Source of the DNA: a phage | Assembly (NCBI GenBank): GCA_025677605.1 | Contig: GCA_025677605.1_4110.1 | Strand: one strand, 5' to 3' | DNA length: 64,000 nt | Part shown: in pieces, positions 27,277-39,700 of the stretch | Layout of the letters: the number at the start of each line of letters is the position of its first letter | How positions within the stretch are numbered: the stretch's first letter is position 1 | Notes under the pieces: model-generated | Told to the model about the DNA's origin: nothing | Databases searched by the model: none | What the model saw: the letters and a program-made list of their open reading frames with translations, nothing else | Program-made: the position numbers and the translations under genes

Positions 27277-30200
27277 ATGTCACAACAAAAAAGACAATCT
27301 AATTTATACGCGGGGGAAGACTGGACCCAGGTATATGAAAGTTTCTATAAAATAAATCTGACGGCTTATGACTTCGATACTATACGTCAAAGTATGATTG
27401 ATTATTTGCGTCAAACATATCCTGATTCATTCAATGACTGGATTGAGAATGACCAGTTTATCTTCATTTTAGATACCATTGCGATGCTTGGACAAAACTT
27501 AGCATTTCGTATGGATTTAAACACGCGTGAAAACTTCCTAGATACTGCTAGTCGTCGTGCATCTGTACTTAAATTAGCTAAAATGATCTCATATTCACCT
27601 CGTCGTGCATATCCAGGGCGAGCAACAGCAAAACTAACTGAAATTAAAACTAACCAAGACGTTCGCAACAGCTATAACGAATCTCTTAAAGATAAAATTA
27701 TCCGTTGGAATGACCCAATGGACTCTAACTGGTATGAAAACTTTATCCTGGTGATGAATAGTGCATTTGTCAGTACTAACCAGTTTGGTAATCCAGTAAA
27801 ACGTTTAGATATTAATGGTGTGTCTCGTCATTTGTATAGAATGAACACTTTACCTATGTCTGCACCTAATTTACCATTCACCGCAACAGTAAATGGTGAA
27901 TCGATGACATTTGAAGTCGTAAACCCAGATATTAACGTTATTGGTGTTGATGAAAGACACCCTGAGCCACAAGAACAGAAATATATTGTGTATCAGAATG
28001 ATGGTAATGGTTTTAGTTCACCTAATACTGGATTCTTTGTCTATTTTATTCAAGGAACATTACAATATCAAGATTTCCAATACGATGTAAGACAAGAAAA
28101 CCGTATTCAGGATATAAACGTAGACAATATTAACGAAACTGACGTATGGGTACAGGAAATCACTGAAGATGGTATAGTTCGTACTAAATGGACTAAGGTT
28201 CCATCGATGGAAAGTATCGCATATAACACAGTAACACGCCAACTTAAAACAATTTATGCGGTAACTACTCGTGATCGTGACCAAATCAGTATTAAGTTCC
28301 CTGATTCACGTAGTGGTGTTGTTCCACGTGGTACATATCGCGTTTGGTATCGTGTTAGTAATGGCGAAACATACAACATCAAAACTGCTGACATTCAAAA
28401 CAAAAGTGTTAAGTACATTTACAGAACTAAATCACAATCTAACTATGAGAATAGTACATTAGATATTAAATTTAGTTTACAATTTGAATCAGACCGTGCA
28501 CAAAGTGCAGAAACCCTTGAACAAATTAAAGCTCGTGCACCACAAATGTATTATACTCAAAACCGTTTTGTGAATGGTGAAGATTATAACATTGCTCCGT
28601 TGAGTCAAGGTAATGCAGTACTGAAATCTAAAGCGATTAACCGAATTTACAGTGGGCAATCACGATTTATTGACATAAATGACCCAACTGGTAAGTATCA
28701 AAACACTGATGTGTTTAGTGATGATGGTGCAATGTACAAAAATGTCACCAAATACAATAAATCTGTTAATTTACCAAGTACTAAATCTAATTCTAGTATT
28801 GTTATCGATGATATACAACCATTAATTGGTGAAAACGCTGTTATTCAGAAGTATCAAGCATATCCACAGAATACAGTACGTGTTGAATTACAACAAAACT
28901 GGGTTCCATCATATAGTTCAAGCTATGCAACTAATACATATGGTCGTATTATTGGGGCAACTGGTACAATTTATGGTGATTATAAAGTTGGTACATTAAT
29001 TAAATTCGGTAGTAGTTCAAATAATATCGTATGGGCTAGTATTGTTAGCGTGTTACCTAACGGTTTTTATGTTCTAAGTACGCCGATTTCTTCCTCTATG
29101 CAGATTCAGGAGTACATTAGCCCATATAGAACTCGTTTCAACACAGTTGAAGTACAAAATATTGCTGCAATGTTAGATAAGAAAACTAACTTTATTCTAA
29201 TTTATGATATTGTATCCACTACATGGGTTCCTTTGGAAATGACAACCACTAGTGATACTATAACATACAATGGTTCGTTAGTACAGGTGATGGTTAACAT
29301 CCAATACACTGCTGAAACATGGGAATTTGATTCCAATGGTGTTGAGTATGTATTTGTTGGTGGAGAAAAAGTTCGTTTTTACTTTGTAAGCTCTAAGAAA
29401 ATCACTGATATTAGTTCTGGTTCAGTGCAAAGTGATAAAATTGAGATTCTTTCATCAAACTCTACCAGTACTAGTAACGTGGGTCTAACCAATAACATTG
29501 ATTTCCAGATTCTGGATACAATAAAACAAGAAAATGGTTATTTGGATGGTTCAAGAGTTGTAATTACATCAGAAAGTATGGATAGTAATGGTATTCCATT
29601 AAATCCTAACCAATTCCAATCTATTGTTCCTGATTGGACAGGTGAAGATTCTAGAAAATATGGTGGTATATTGGTATTTCAACAAAATGAAGATTTTACT
29701 ATTTCTTCATTGACATTACCAAATTCATCATTCACTATCATGGATTCAACATGGAATTACACAATGGATCAGGCATTAGCAGAAACTAATGCGTACAAGA
29801 GACAAGAATTCATTCGTAATAATGAAATTCGCTCAACTACACTGAGTGAACTATATAGTAAAGGTACTGGTTTTATTATTGCATTCCAATACGAAGGTCA
29901 ATATTACTTCATCGAACAAACAGTTGGTAATAACAATGACCGTTTGGGTGTTCTAATTCAGAACATGACTGAAGTTACAGACCCAAGTGCGGCTACTCCA
30001 GAAACTGCTTTCTATCGTTGTATTAAAAACATGGGTACAAGTGTTGACGCTAATAAAAAGCTTAATTATTATGGTTATAAGGATATTACATCTGAACTTA
30101 CTATAAAAACTAATGCTAGAACGTCTATTAACTTCCACTGGAAGCATTATGCACCAGATGATAATCGAATCGACCCAAGCAGAACCAACTTAATTGATAT

Positions 30201-30741
30201 GTATGTTTTAACAAACTCATATAAGACAGAAGTTGATATTTGGTTGAAGAATGGTGCTAAAGGTGATATGCCTAAACCACCAACATCGGTTGAATTACAA
30301 GATATCTTCAAGGATGTTGAGAAGAAAACTGTAATTAGTGATAGTTTGATATGGCACAGTGCTGAATATTTGCCTTTATTTGGTAATAGTGCAGCACCGG
30401 ATTATAAAGCTGATTTCAAAGTAGTGAAATTACCTAATAGTACAATGAGTGATGATGAAATTCGTCAAAATATTGTTTCATTAACTAACCAGTACTTTGC
30501 AGTTGAGAACTGGGATTTTGGTGAAAGTTTCTATTATACTGACTTGTGTACGTACCTTCATACCCAACTTGGTAGACACATTAGTACTGTTGTAATTGTA
30601 GCTCAAAACCCTAATTCTAAGTTTGGTTCATTGTTTGAGATACCTTCAAGACCTGACCAAATATTCATTAGTACTGCTACCGTTGATAACGTACAAATCG
30701 TTAACTCTCTAGCTAAAAGTAATATTAATATTGGTTTTTAA
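27277..30741 (+). CDS. Baseplate wedge protein (gp6-like, baseplate-J family), enlarged
   Basis: 1154 aa; N-terminal region (DFDTIRQSMIDYLRQTYPDSFNDW...) resembles baseplate-J/gp6; follows gp25-like gene as in T4-like phages. Confidence 0.55.
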   Translation: MSQQKRQSNLYAGEDWTQVYESFYKINLTAYDFDTIRQSMIDYLRQTYPDSFNDWIENDQFIFILDTIAMLGQNLAFRMDLNTRENFLDTASRRASVLKLAKMISYSPRRAYPGRATAKLTEIKTNQDVRNSYNESLKDKIIRWNDPMDSNWYENFILVMNSAFVSTNQFGNPVKRLDINGVSRHLYRMNTLPMSAPNLPFTATVNGESMTFEVVNPDINVIGVDERHPEPQEQKYIVYQNDGNGFSSPNTGFFVYFIQGTLQYQDFQYDVRQENRIQDINVDNINETDVWVQEITEDGIVRTKWTKVPSMESIAYNTVTRQLKTIYAVTTRDRDQISIKFPDSRSGVVPRGTYRVWYRVSNGETYNIKTADIQNKSVKYIYRTKSQSNYENSTLDIKFSLQFESDRAQSAETLEQIKARAPQMYYTQNRFVNGEDYNIAPLSQGNAVLKSKAINRIYSGQSRFIDINDPTGKYQNTDVFSDDGAMYKNVTKYNKSVNLPSTKSNSSIVIDDIQPLIGENAVIQKYQAYPQNTVRVELQQNWVPSYSSSYATNTYGRIIGATGTIYGDYKVGTLIKFGSSSNNIVWASIVSVLPNGFYVLSTPISSSMQIQEYISPYRTRFNTVEVQNIAAMLDKKTNFILIYDIVSTTWVPLEMTTTSDTITYNGSLVQVMVNIQYTAETWEFDSNGVEYVFVGGEKVRFYFVSSKKITDISSGSVQSDKIEILSSNSTSTSNVGLTNNIDFQILDTIKQENGYLDGSRVVITSESMDSNGIPLNPNQFQSIVPDWTGEDSRKYGGILVFQQNEDFTISSLTLPNSSFTIMDSTWNYTMDQALAETNAYKRQEFIRNNEIRSTTLSELYSKGTGFIIAFQYEGQYYFIEQTVGNNNDRLGVLIQNMTEVTDPSAATPETAFYRCIKNMGTSVDANKKLNYYGYKDITSELTIKTNARTSINFHWKHYAPDDNRIDPSRTNLIDMYVLTNSYKTEVDIWLKNGAKGDMPKPPTSVELQDIFKDVEKKTVISDSLIWHSAEYLPLFGNSAAPDYKADFKVVKLPNSTMSDDEIRQNIVSLTNQYFAVENWDFGESFYYTDLCTYLHTQLGRHISTVVIVAQNPNSKFGSLFEIPSRPDQIFISTATVDNVQIVNSLAKSNINIGF

Positions 30742-30750
30742 TAAAATCGT

Positions 30751-30775
30751 GGCGGCCTTCGGGTCGCCTTTTTTA
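30751..30775 (+). terminator. Rho-independent terminator after gp6-like gene
   Basis: GGCGGCC-TTCG-GGTCGCC hairpin (UUCG loop) + TTTTTT. Confidence 0.6.
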
Positions 30776-30792
30776 TAGCATAAATAAATCAA

Positions 30793-33700
30793 ATGAATGA
30801 ACGAATTTATGGAGTCCTATACATGACTAATAATTTTAAGTTTCTACCAACTAAAACGGCAGAAGCAGTACAACAGAAGCTTTTCATTAAAAGATTACCT
30901 GAATGGATGCAAGGCTTAGAAGACATTCAAAAGGTTAGTGATGATGTAATTCAACAATGGTTCAATCCAGCGGATAATGAAATCGTTGATGGATATATTG
31001 GTGATATGGGTTCTCCTGCTGCATCTGCTAAGATTTTCCTTGACGAAGCAACCGTTGAACGTCAGCTATATCAATTATCAACAGCATATGTGTCTCGTAA
31101 TGATGACACAAGCATTCGTTCGCTTCAATTTTATGATGATTTGGTTGGCTACATGGAACACTACGGCACGTTAACTTCAAACGAGAGCCGTCTATTTTCT
31201 GGTAAGTTCTATTCTTGGACACCACCAATTAACCCAAACAAAATGACCAACTACAGTTCCTATTTGTGGGATAGTAAAAATAGTTATGGTATCACAACTC
31301 CTGACTTTATTGTTATGGAACGTGGTGCTGATAACGGAAACACATGGTCCCTACAGAACTTTTGGTATACTATTGGTCAAACACTAGAAGATGGAACAGT
31401 ACTAACTGCTGACATGACACAAGATACTCGTTTTATTCGTGCACAAGCACCAATCATCGAGTACAATAAAAATATCGAATTAATTAACTACGGGACACAT
31501 TTCCGTGGTGTTGTGGATCTTTTCTCTGATACAATTAAACCAGAAGATATCGTCCAAAAAGACGTAAATGATGGTATTCGTATTGACGGGATTATTCCAC
31601 AAGATGGTATGCGTATTCTTTTCACTAGTATAGGTAACGTTGGTGAAAACAACCGCATTTATAAAGTTTTTATTAAGAAAATGCAAGATGGTTCTCGCAC
31701 ATATGGTCTAGCATTGGACCCAGATGAAGAAACTGACGACCGCCCAAGTGGTGAGCCACATAATGGTGATGTTATTTTGGTGCGTGATGGTAATGTATAT
31801 AAAAATACATCCATGTATTGGAATGGTGTTAACTGGATTAGAGCACAAACAAAATCTGGTGTAAACGTATTCCCACAATTCCAACTATATGACCGTGATG
31901 GTGTTAAATTAAATGATTCTACAATTTATCCATCAAGTAACTTTGTTGGTTCATCCCTATTTGGTTTTAAAATCAACTATAATTACGGCACTGATAAAGT
32001 ATATGGTTATAACATCGAACTAGGTAATTATAATTACTATATGTACGAAAACTTCCTACAAAGTGTTCGTTATACATATGATCATTTGGGTGTTGAAACT
32101 GAAATTTCTGGATTGTACTACTATAACGTAGTTGGTAAAGATAATGAACTACACCTTAAGACCGATTGGGTTCGTTCTAAGGAAGATTCAAAGCAATTCG
32201 TTAAACAAACGCCACAAATCGAACACACTGATATGTATCGTGTATTCAATACCGTATTCGAAATGGAAAACTTTAAAAATCCATTAGAAGGTATGTATGC
32301 ATATGTTACTGAAGTGGATCGTACCTATCAATATTACAAAGAAGAACGTCAAACCTATATGGATTGGCATGTAATTAGTGGTGAAGGTATTCAAAGTGAA
32401 CGTTTCAATCGCACATTTGAATTAGCCCAGAAAATTATTGATGGTAAGAGTACTGAAATCATTGAAATTCAAGTTGATGGTGTGGATGTAACCGATTATA
32501 CACGTCATGTATATAATAACAAGGTTCAAAGCATCACTTTAGGTGAAGATGTAGCTCTTAAAGATGAATCAGTGATTCAAATTAGAACATACAGCAGTAC
32601 TGAAGTACCAAATAAAGAGTTGGGTGCATATGAAATCCCAATCAACTTACAAAATAACCCATACAACGATAATATTCTTTATATCAACCAAAGTAATTTT
32701 ACATTACATTTTAAAGATATCATTCAAAAGAATATCACCAGTGGTTCCGTTGATGATTTCAACGACTACGAAGATCGTTTGTCTAAAGGTTTAGTGGATA
32801 ACTCCGTTGGTACTAAGATTATTCAAAACGAAGCATCAATGCTACCGTTAATGGCACATTCTGCAAATGAAGATATTGACCTATTTGAATCTGTATTGTT
32901 TATGCAATCCGAATATTTCCGTTTCGTAAACAAGTTCAATACACAAATGATCCGTTTGTACAATGAGAACCCAGCAAACTTCTTAGCTAATAATGCTTCT
33001 AATATTGTTGATGAAATTCTAACAATTATTAATATGGGTCATGATAATACTTTCCCATTCTATTATGATAACGTAGCAAGTACTTCTGGCTTCATTCGTG
33101 CGTTTGTACCACCAACTCCACAGTTTTTGGGTATTTTGAAAGCACACGTTCCAGAAAAAGCAACATTTTTGAATGCTGGTAGTAAGCAAAGCTGTTATAA
33201 CATCAGTCATACAGGTGCAATCACTAAAGCATACCGTGTAATAAACGGTGTTGATAAAATGGATGACGTTATATATGAGTTAGAAAATAGAATTTTCAAT
33301 AGTATTGATGTTATTTTCAAAGATGAAGATTACCAACCTAAGCTAGATGCTTCTGATCTTTTCCCAACTCCGTATTACAGAGATACAGAGTATAATGACG
33401 AAGAGAAAAAGAACTTACTACTACGTGGTTATATTAATTTCATCGCAACCAATGGTATCAGTAACAGTTCACATGATTATGATCCAAATAACTGGATGAC
33501 TTGGAACTATACTGGAACACATTATATGGTTAATGGTCAACAAACACAAATAGCAGCCCGTGGTTCATGGCGAGCAATCTACACTGACCAATTTGGTACA
33601 TATCGCCCAGCAACCCATCCGTGGGAAATGTTTGGTTTCTCCCAACGTCCAGTTTGGTGGAACCAGGAATATGAACCTACCGCAGTTCAAGTTGGCGAAC

Positions 33701-36700
33701 GTGATGGTGATGTTGTTTATGTATATGAGGCATTAGTTATCAACGAACAAGGTAACATGGTTCCTAGTGGGTTATGGGACGTTGGTAACGAGAAAGGTGA
33801 TAGCTCAACGGGTACTATCTTGTTTGGTGCACGTAAAGGTCAATATGACAAGTACAAACGTTTTGGTACACAACCATTTAAGATCACTAAAACAGGCAAG
33901 CAGACAGCATCTGGTGTTGATATTTGCGTCATTGAGTACATTGCTCCTGAAGTTTTAGGTCTTGTATATGGTAGTCTAAATCATCGTGCTGAACCGTGGA
34001 CTTATGGTGATATGGGTGATATGGAATTCACTTATATGAACACAGCAATGTTTGCATATGATGAATTATTGATGTTATTCAAAGCTAAACCTGCACAGTT
34101 CACAAACTATTTCTGGGATACCCGAAATAATACATTAAAAACTGTATCTGGTAATGAACCACAGTTTTTATATGGTGATACTCGTTTACGTTTGAACTTT
34201 AATAGTGATACAATCGTACATGGTGAGAATAGTACTCGCGTTATTGGTTATCAAATGATTGTTAGTGATTATTTGATGTATCAAAACAAAAATATTACAA
34301 CTAAGTACGGTGAAATTGTTCGTTCTTCTCATATTAATGTGGGTCATAAACTAGGTGGATTCACTAAAGCTGACCAATTAACATTTACATCAGAAGCAAC
34401 TGGTCTAATTTCACAAGAAAACCAATCTATCGGTTTAGTTCGTTCTAATAATATTAGAAATGAGCAAATGAGTGCAATTAAAATTACTTGGACTGGTAGT
34501 GCTTACCAAATTGATGGTTATGATTTAGTTTCTGCAACATTCAATTATAAATTGCCTGTTAAAAACGGTCATAAAGTATCTTTGAAAGTTGATAATCGTA
34601 ATGTTGTTCATTATAATGAGTGGAAAAATGATGCATCCATTCCTTACGGAACTTTGATGAATACCTTCCAGGAAGTTTACACATTTATTTGTGGTTATGG
34701 TGAGTATCTAAAGCAACATGGTTGGATTTTTGAAGAAGTTGATGAATCTGGTATCCAACAGGACTGGAATACAATTGCAAAAGACTTTTTAATCTGGAGT
34801 CAACAACAATTGAGTACTGGTGAATTCATTTCTTGTACCCCATCAGCAATTAATGCTAAATTTGGTACAGATTTTGGTTCAGTTCAGTCAATTGCACAAA
34901 ATAGTGGTGGTGTTTGGTCATTATTAGATGATTCAAACCAAGGTATACGTCAATTTGAGATTGAAACATCTCGTATTGGTAACATATTCACGGTAAGAAC
35001 TACTGAAGAATCAAATAAACGCATGGCACTTATTCGTTTAAGTATCAGTTCTTATGAACATGCTGTTATTTTTGATGATCAGACTATTTTCGGTGATTAT
35101 ATCTATGAACCAACCTATGGTGCAGTTCAAGAATTGATTAAATTGTATGGATATATCACTGGTTCATGGTCTGGACGTTTACAAGCTCCTGGATTTATCA
35201 TCCTAGAAGCTGGGACATTACCATCATTTGAAACTTTGGTGTCTAATTTCCAACATTATTATGATAATGAAACCCCAGTTAGTGATGTTCAATTAAATGA
35301 ACTTTCAAACCACTTAATTGGCTATCAGTCTCGTGATTACTTACAACGTATGATCACTAATGAGCCTGGTCGAATTGATTTCTATAAAGGTTTTATTCAT
35401 GATAAAGGCACTAACCAAGTACTAGAAAAAGTATTACGTGTATCTAAATCATATAATACTGATGAGTATAAAGCATTACAAGAATGGGCATTCCGTGTTG
35501 GTTCTTATGGTAACATTGATGGTGTTAAAAATCTTCAATTTAAACTAATTAATAATGAGTTTAAACAACAACCACAAATGATTACGTTCGACCGTTATTC
35601 CGATAAGGTTGAATCTGAGAATGAAATTGTATATTATGGTGAAATTGGTGAAGATTCACGCTGGATTAGTCGTCCAAAAGGTAAATTCTCATTCCCTATG
35701 CGTAATGGGAGAAGTGAGAATATCCAATTACCTAATATTGGACCAGTAACCCTAGATGAAATTGATTATACCACATTAAATTACGAAACTGCAAATCAAG
35801 ACCGCATTAGTTATATGAATAATTCTGGTAAAATCCCAACATCTGTTTGGATGTTCCAAGATATCAATAACGAATGGAATGTGTATGATTTAGTAGATAC
35901 TGGTATTACAATGGTTTCTATTACACCAATTGAAAGTGAAGATCCATATGCTGAGCAATATTGTAAAGTACTATTGTCTGATGATATCCCACTCAATGAT
36001 GGTGATTATTATTATTTTGTTGATGAAACAAACTTTATGCCTGATGCCCTACGTGATGAATGCCAATACTACACTTCTGGACTAGATCCAAAAGTTATGG
36101 TAGTGCCATTTGACACTTCCATTACTATTGACTTTTCAACAGTAGAATCAGCACCACGTTTGTATCGTTATGTTAGTAGATTTAGTACTCAACAAGAACG
36201 CGATGAATATATTGCTAAAAAATATAGTTACAGTGCACCTGAAAGCACTTTGTTTGACCGTCCTACTACGTATGATGAAAGAACAAACATTACTGCATTG
36301 TATTTGAATGTGTTTGACCCAATTAACGGTGTTATTCCTGGGGTTGCAATGCAAGATGTTGATTTCATCTCTCCAGTGGACCCAGCACAGTATAGCAGTA
36401 ACGGTGAACTATTACAAGCATGGGGTGCTGAAAAGGTAGGTAAAGTGTGGTGGAACACTAGCACTGCATTCTATCTGGATTATACCCGTCCAATCTTTGA
36501 TGAGGATGGTAACGTTGATGTAAAAGCAACTAATGAATATAAGCGTTATAATTGGGGTAAATTATTACCACACAGTGTTATTGATGTTCTAGAATGGGTT
36601 AGTTCACCAGTAGAACCATACAACTGGGAAAAATATTGTGCAGAACAAGCCAATAAAAATAAAAACAATACTATGTATCTCCCAAGTGGGATTGCAATGG

Positions 36701-39700
36701 ATGAGAACTACAGTTCATCTATGGAATATGATCCAATCACTGATACATATGTAGTTCGTTATTATTTCTGGGTTCGTAATACCATTTATGTTCCACCAAT
36801 GACTACTCGTAGTAAGTCTTGTACTGATATTGCACGTATTATTCAAGATCCAACACAATTGAATGTTCCTTGGTTTGCACCTATTAATGAAAATAGTTTC
36901 ATTCTAAGTAATATGCAATTTGAAGTTAATGATGATACAAGCATTTTGACAATTTCATATAGAAATGACAATATCGAAGTACTGAAGCATGATCAATATC
37001 AACTTTGTAAAGAAGGTGATAGTTATGACTTTAACCCAGATATTTGGAATTCACTATGGAACTCACTAATTGGTCAAGAAACTACTTCAACTGGTGTTGT
37101 AAATGAAATAATTTATCCTAAAGTTGAAACTGGTTTAGGTTCTAATAAAACTTGGTTCCAGAATGTCATTGAAGCTCGTCGTGCGTTTGTTGAAAGTGCA
37201 AATAACTTTTACCGTTCACAGAACATCACAACTAACAGTGTTGTTATGAATGATGTGTTTAATGTGAAAACATTAAAAATGAACCCAAATGATATTACAT
37301 TCCGTGTTCTATCATTTAACAATGAATTGGTAATTGCACCAGAAGATAACCGCTTTAAAGAGAATGATGCAGTATTTGTAAGTTCCATCGGAACTCTACC
37401 AGCACCATTATCTTCTAGTTCAGTATATTTTGTTCACATTGATCCAAATGGATACATTCAATTGATGAACAGCCCAAGTACAGTTGGTAGTACTGTTACA
37501 ATCACTCTAGAAAATAGAGGTGAAGGTCAACACAAGATGATTAAACAAGCTGACTTCATAGAATCACTTGGTACATCTTTGGATATGACCCAGTACTGGA
37601 ATCTGGCTGATTGGTACGATACTGGATACGATAGCAACACTGAATATACACAAGAAGTTAGTTTAGATGACGCAAACACTAAAAATTACCAAATTGGTGA
37701 TATTATCCGTGTAACTGATAGTGATGGTGTTTGGACATTATACATCAAGACTGCATCTCGTAATAATATATACTGGAAAGCTATTGGACGTGAGAATAGT
37801 ACAGTTGAATTGAATTCAATGTTATATTCTGGGTACAATGTTTACAATGATGATGGTTCTTTGAATTCTCATGAGGTTAACGTTCGTAATGCGTTAGCGT
37901 TGTTGAAAAATTCATTCAACTTATATCAAAGTAATATTGTTTTTGATATGGTTAAGTACGTACACACTGAACAAAGTGTTGTTGACTGGGTATTCAAAAC
38001 CTCATATATCTATATTGTAGGTTTAGAACAATCTCTCGTACAAAACTACTCAAATGACAACTTGATTAATCAAATTGTTGAGTACTTCGAAGAAGTTAAA
38101 CCATACAGAACCAAAATCCGTTCTCAAATAGAACAGAAAACTTCTGATGATGATTTGATTAATGGTATCAGTAATGACCTTGACCCAGATGGCTATATTT
38201 TAGTTGATGGTGTGTGGGTTAAGACTGAAAAAGACATTTGGGATTTAGAATATGCACAATTTAATGACGTAACCCAACGTTGGGAAAAGATTGGTTCACT
38301 ACCAAGTGACTTTATCACACCTAACAGACGATTCCAAGAAATCGACGTTATTATGCATTATGATAATATTCAATGTGACCCGTATGATAGTAATTATACA
38401 ATTGATGAGTTGAAATCAACCAATAGTAAGTATCAATCTAATGCTTCGGATATAGGAAATGATTATGAGTTACAGAGATATGTTTATACATTCCCTGAAT
38501 ATGATAATAATACCTTAATTTCACAGATTGGTATTGAAATGACTACCAAATATTCAGATTTGGATATTAGTAATGGTGTCATTAAAGGAATTGATGCATG
38601 GTATAAAGCCCATTCAACTGATATTGCAATGACTGACCAATTTACTGCTGATTTGGAGCAGGTAACTGCTGATACAAACAACAGTAACATTTTAGAAGAC
38701 GTTAAGAAATATATTCAATACAATACATTGGCAACTCGTGTGAAAATGTTTAAGAATATATCTGATGACATGGTTTCTAATGAGATTGGTTGTCCATTTA
38801 AGGGTACGAACTATAATGATAATCCTAATACTCGCCTACCTTTTGGGTTCAGTGCAAGTAGTGATTACAACTATGGTTATTTTGAGATTAGTATTGAACT
38901 ATATGAAAAATATGTCGATATGATCAAGAAAAATCACCCTGAGTTTACTAATGAAGACCAAGTTCGTAATATACTAGAGATAGAATATGGTGTTTATTGC
39001 TACAAGTATGATACCACATTAAATGACCGTTATTATTCTGATACCGTTCATGTGTTATCTGCAATGCGACAAACATTTAATAAGAATATTCTAGATCATT
39101 ATTATGTTGCTAGAGAAATCTTAAGTAATCGTGCAGTTGATAAGTATGCTTTTGTTATGATGCCAAGGAAATATGTGTATGTTGTGAATGCGGCAGGTGA
39201 ATATCTACCGATTCCTGAAAGTTACAGCATATCTGATTTCATGGAAGACTTATTCATAACAACCGGAGAATCAGTTGTATTGGCTGAAATTGATTTAAAT
39301 GATTTACCACAAGACCAGAATAATCCAATGTATTCTGCATATGTTGAAGTACTGGAAAGTATCAATACTGCAAAATATTTCAATGATATGAATGCATTCG
39401 ATAACTTGGCATTGGAATCACAAACCAAATCCATTAAATGGGAAGTTAAAGATAGTGAGATTGATCCTTATATCATCGACATTTCTGAACTAAACCCATC
39501 AGGAAGAACAATGGCACAATTACGTTTCACTGTTGATGGTTACGGTTTCGATGAAGTTGCTCAAGAGCAATTAAAAGACACAAGTAGATTCCAGATTGAG
39601 GGTATGATCGTACAAAACCCTTACAATATGTCAGAAGCAGTTGTAAGTATTCCATCATATGATATTGTCATTGAGAATATGGGTAAAGATGTGTTCAAAG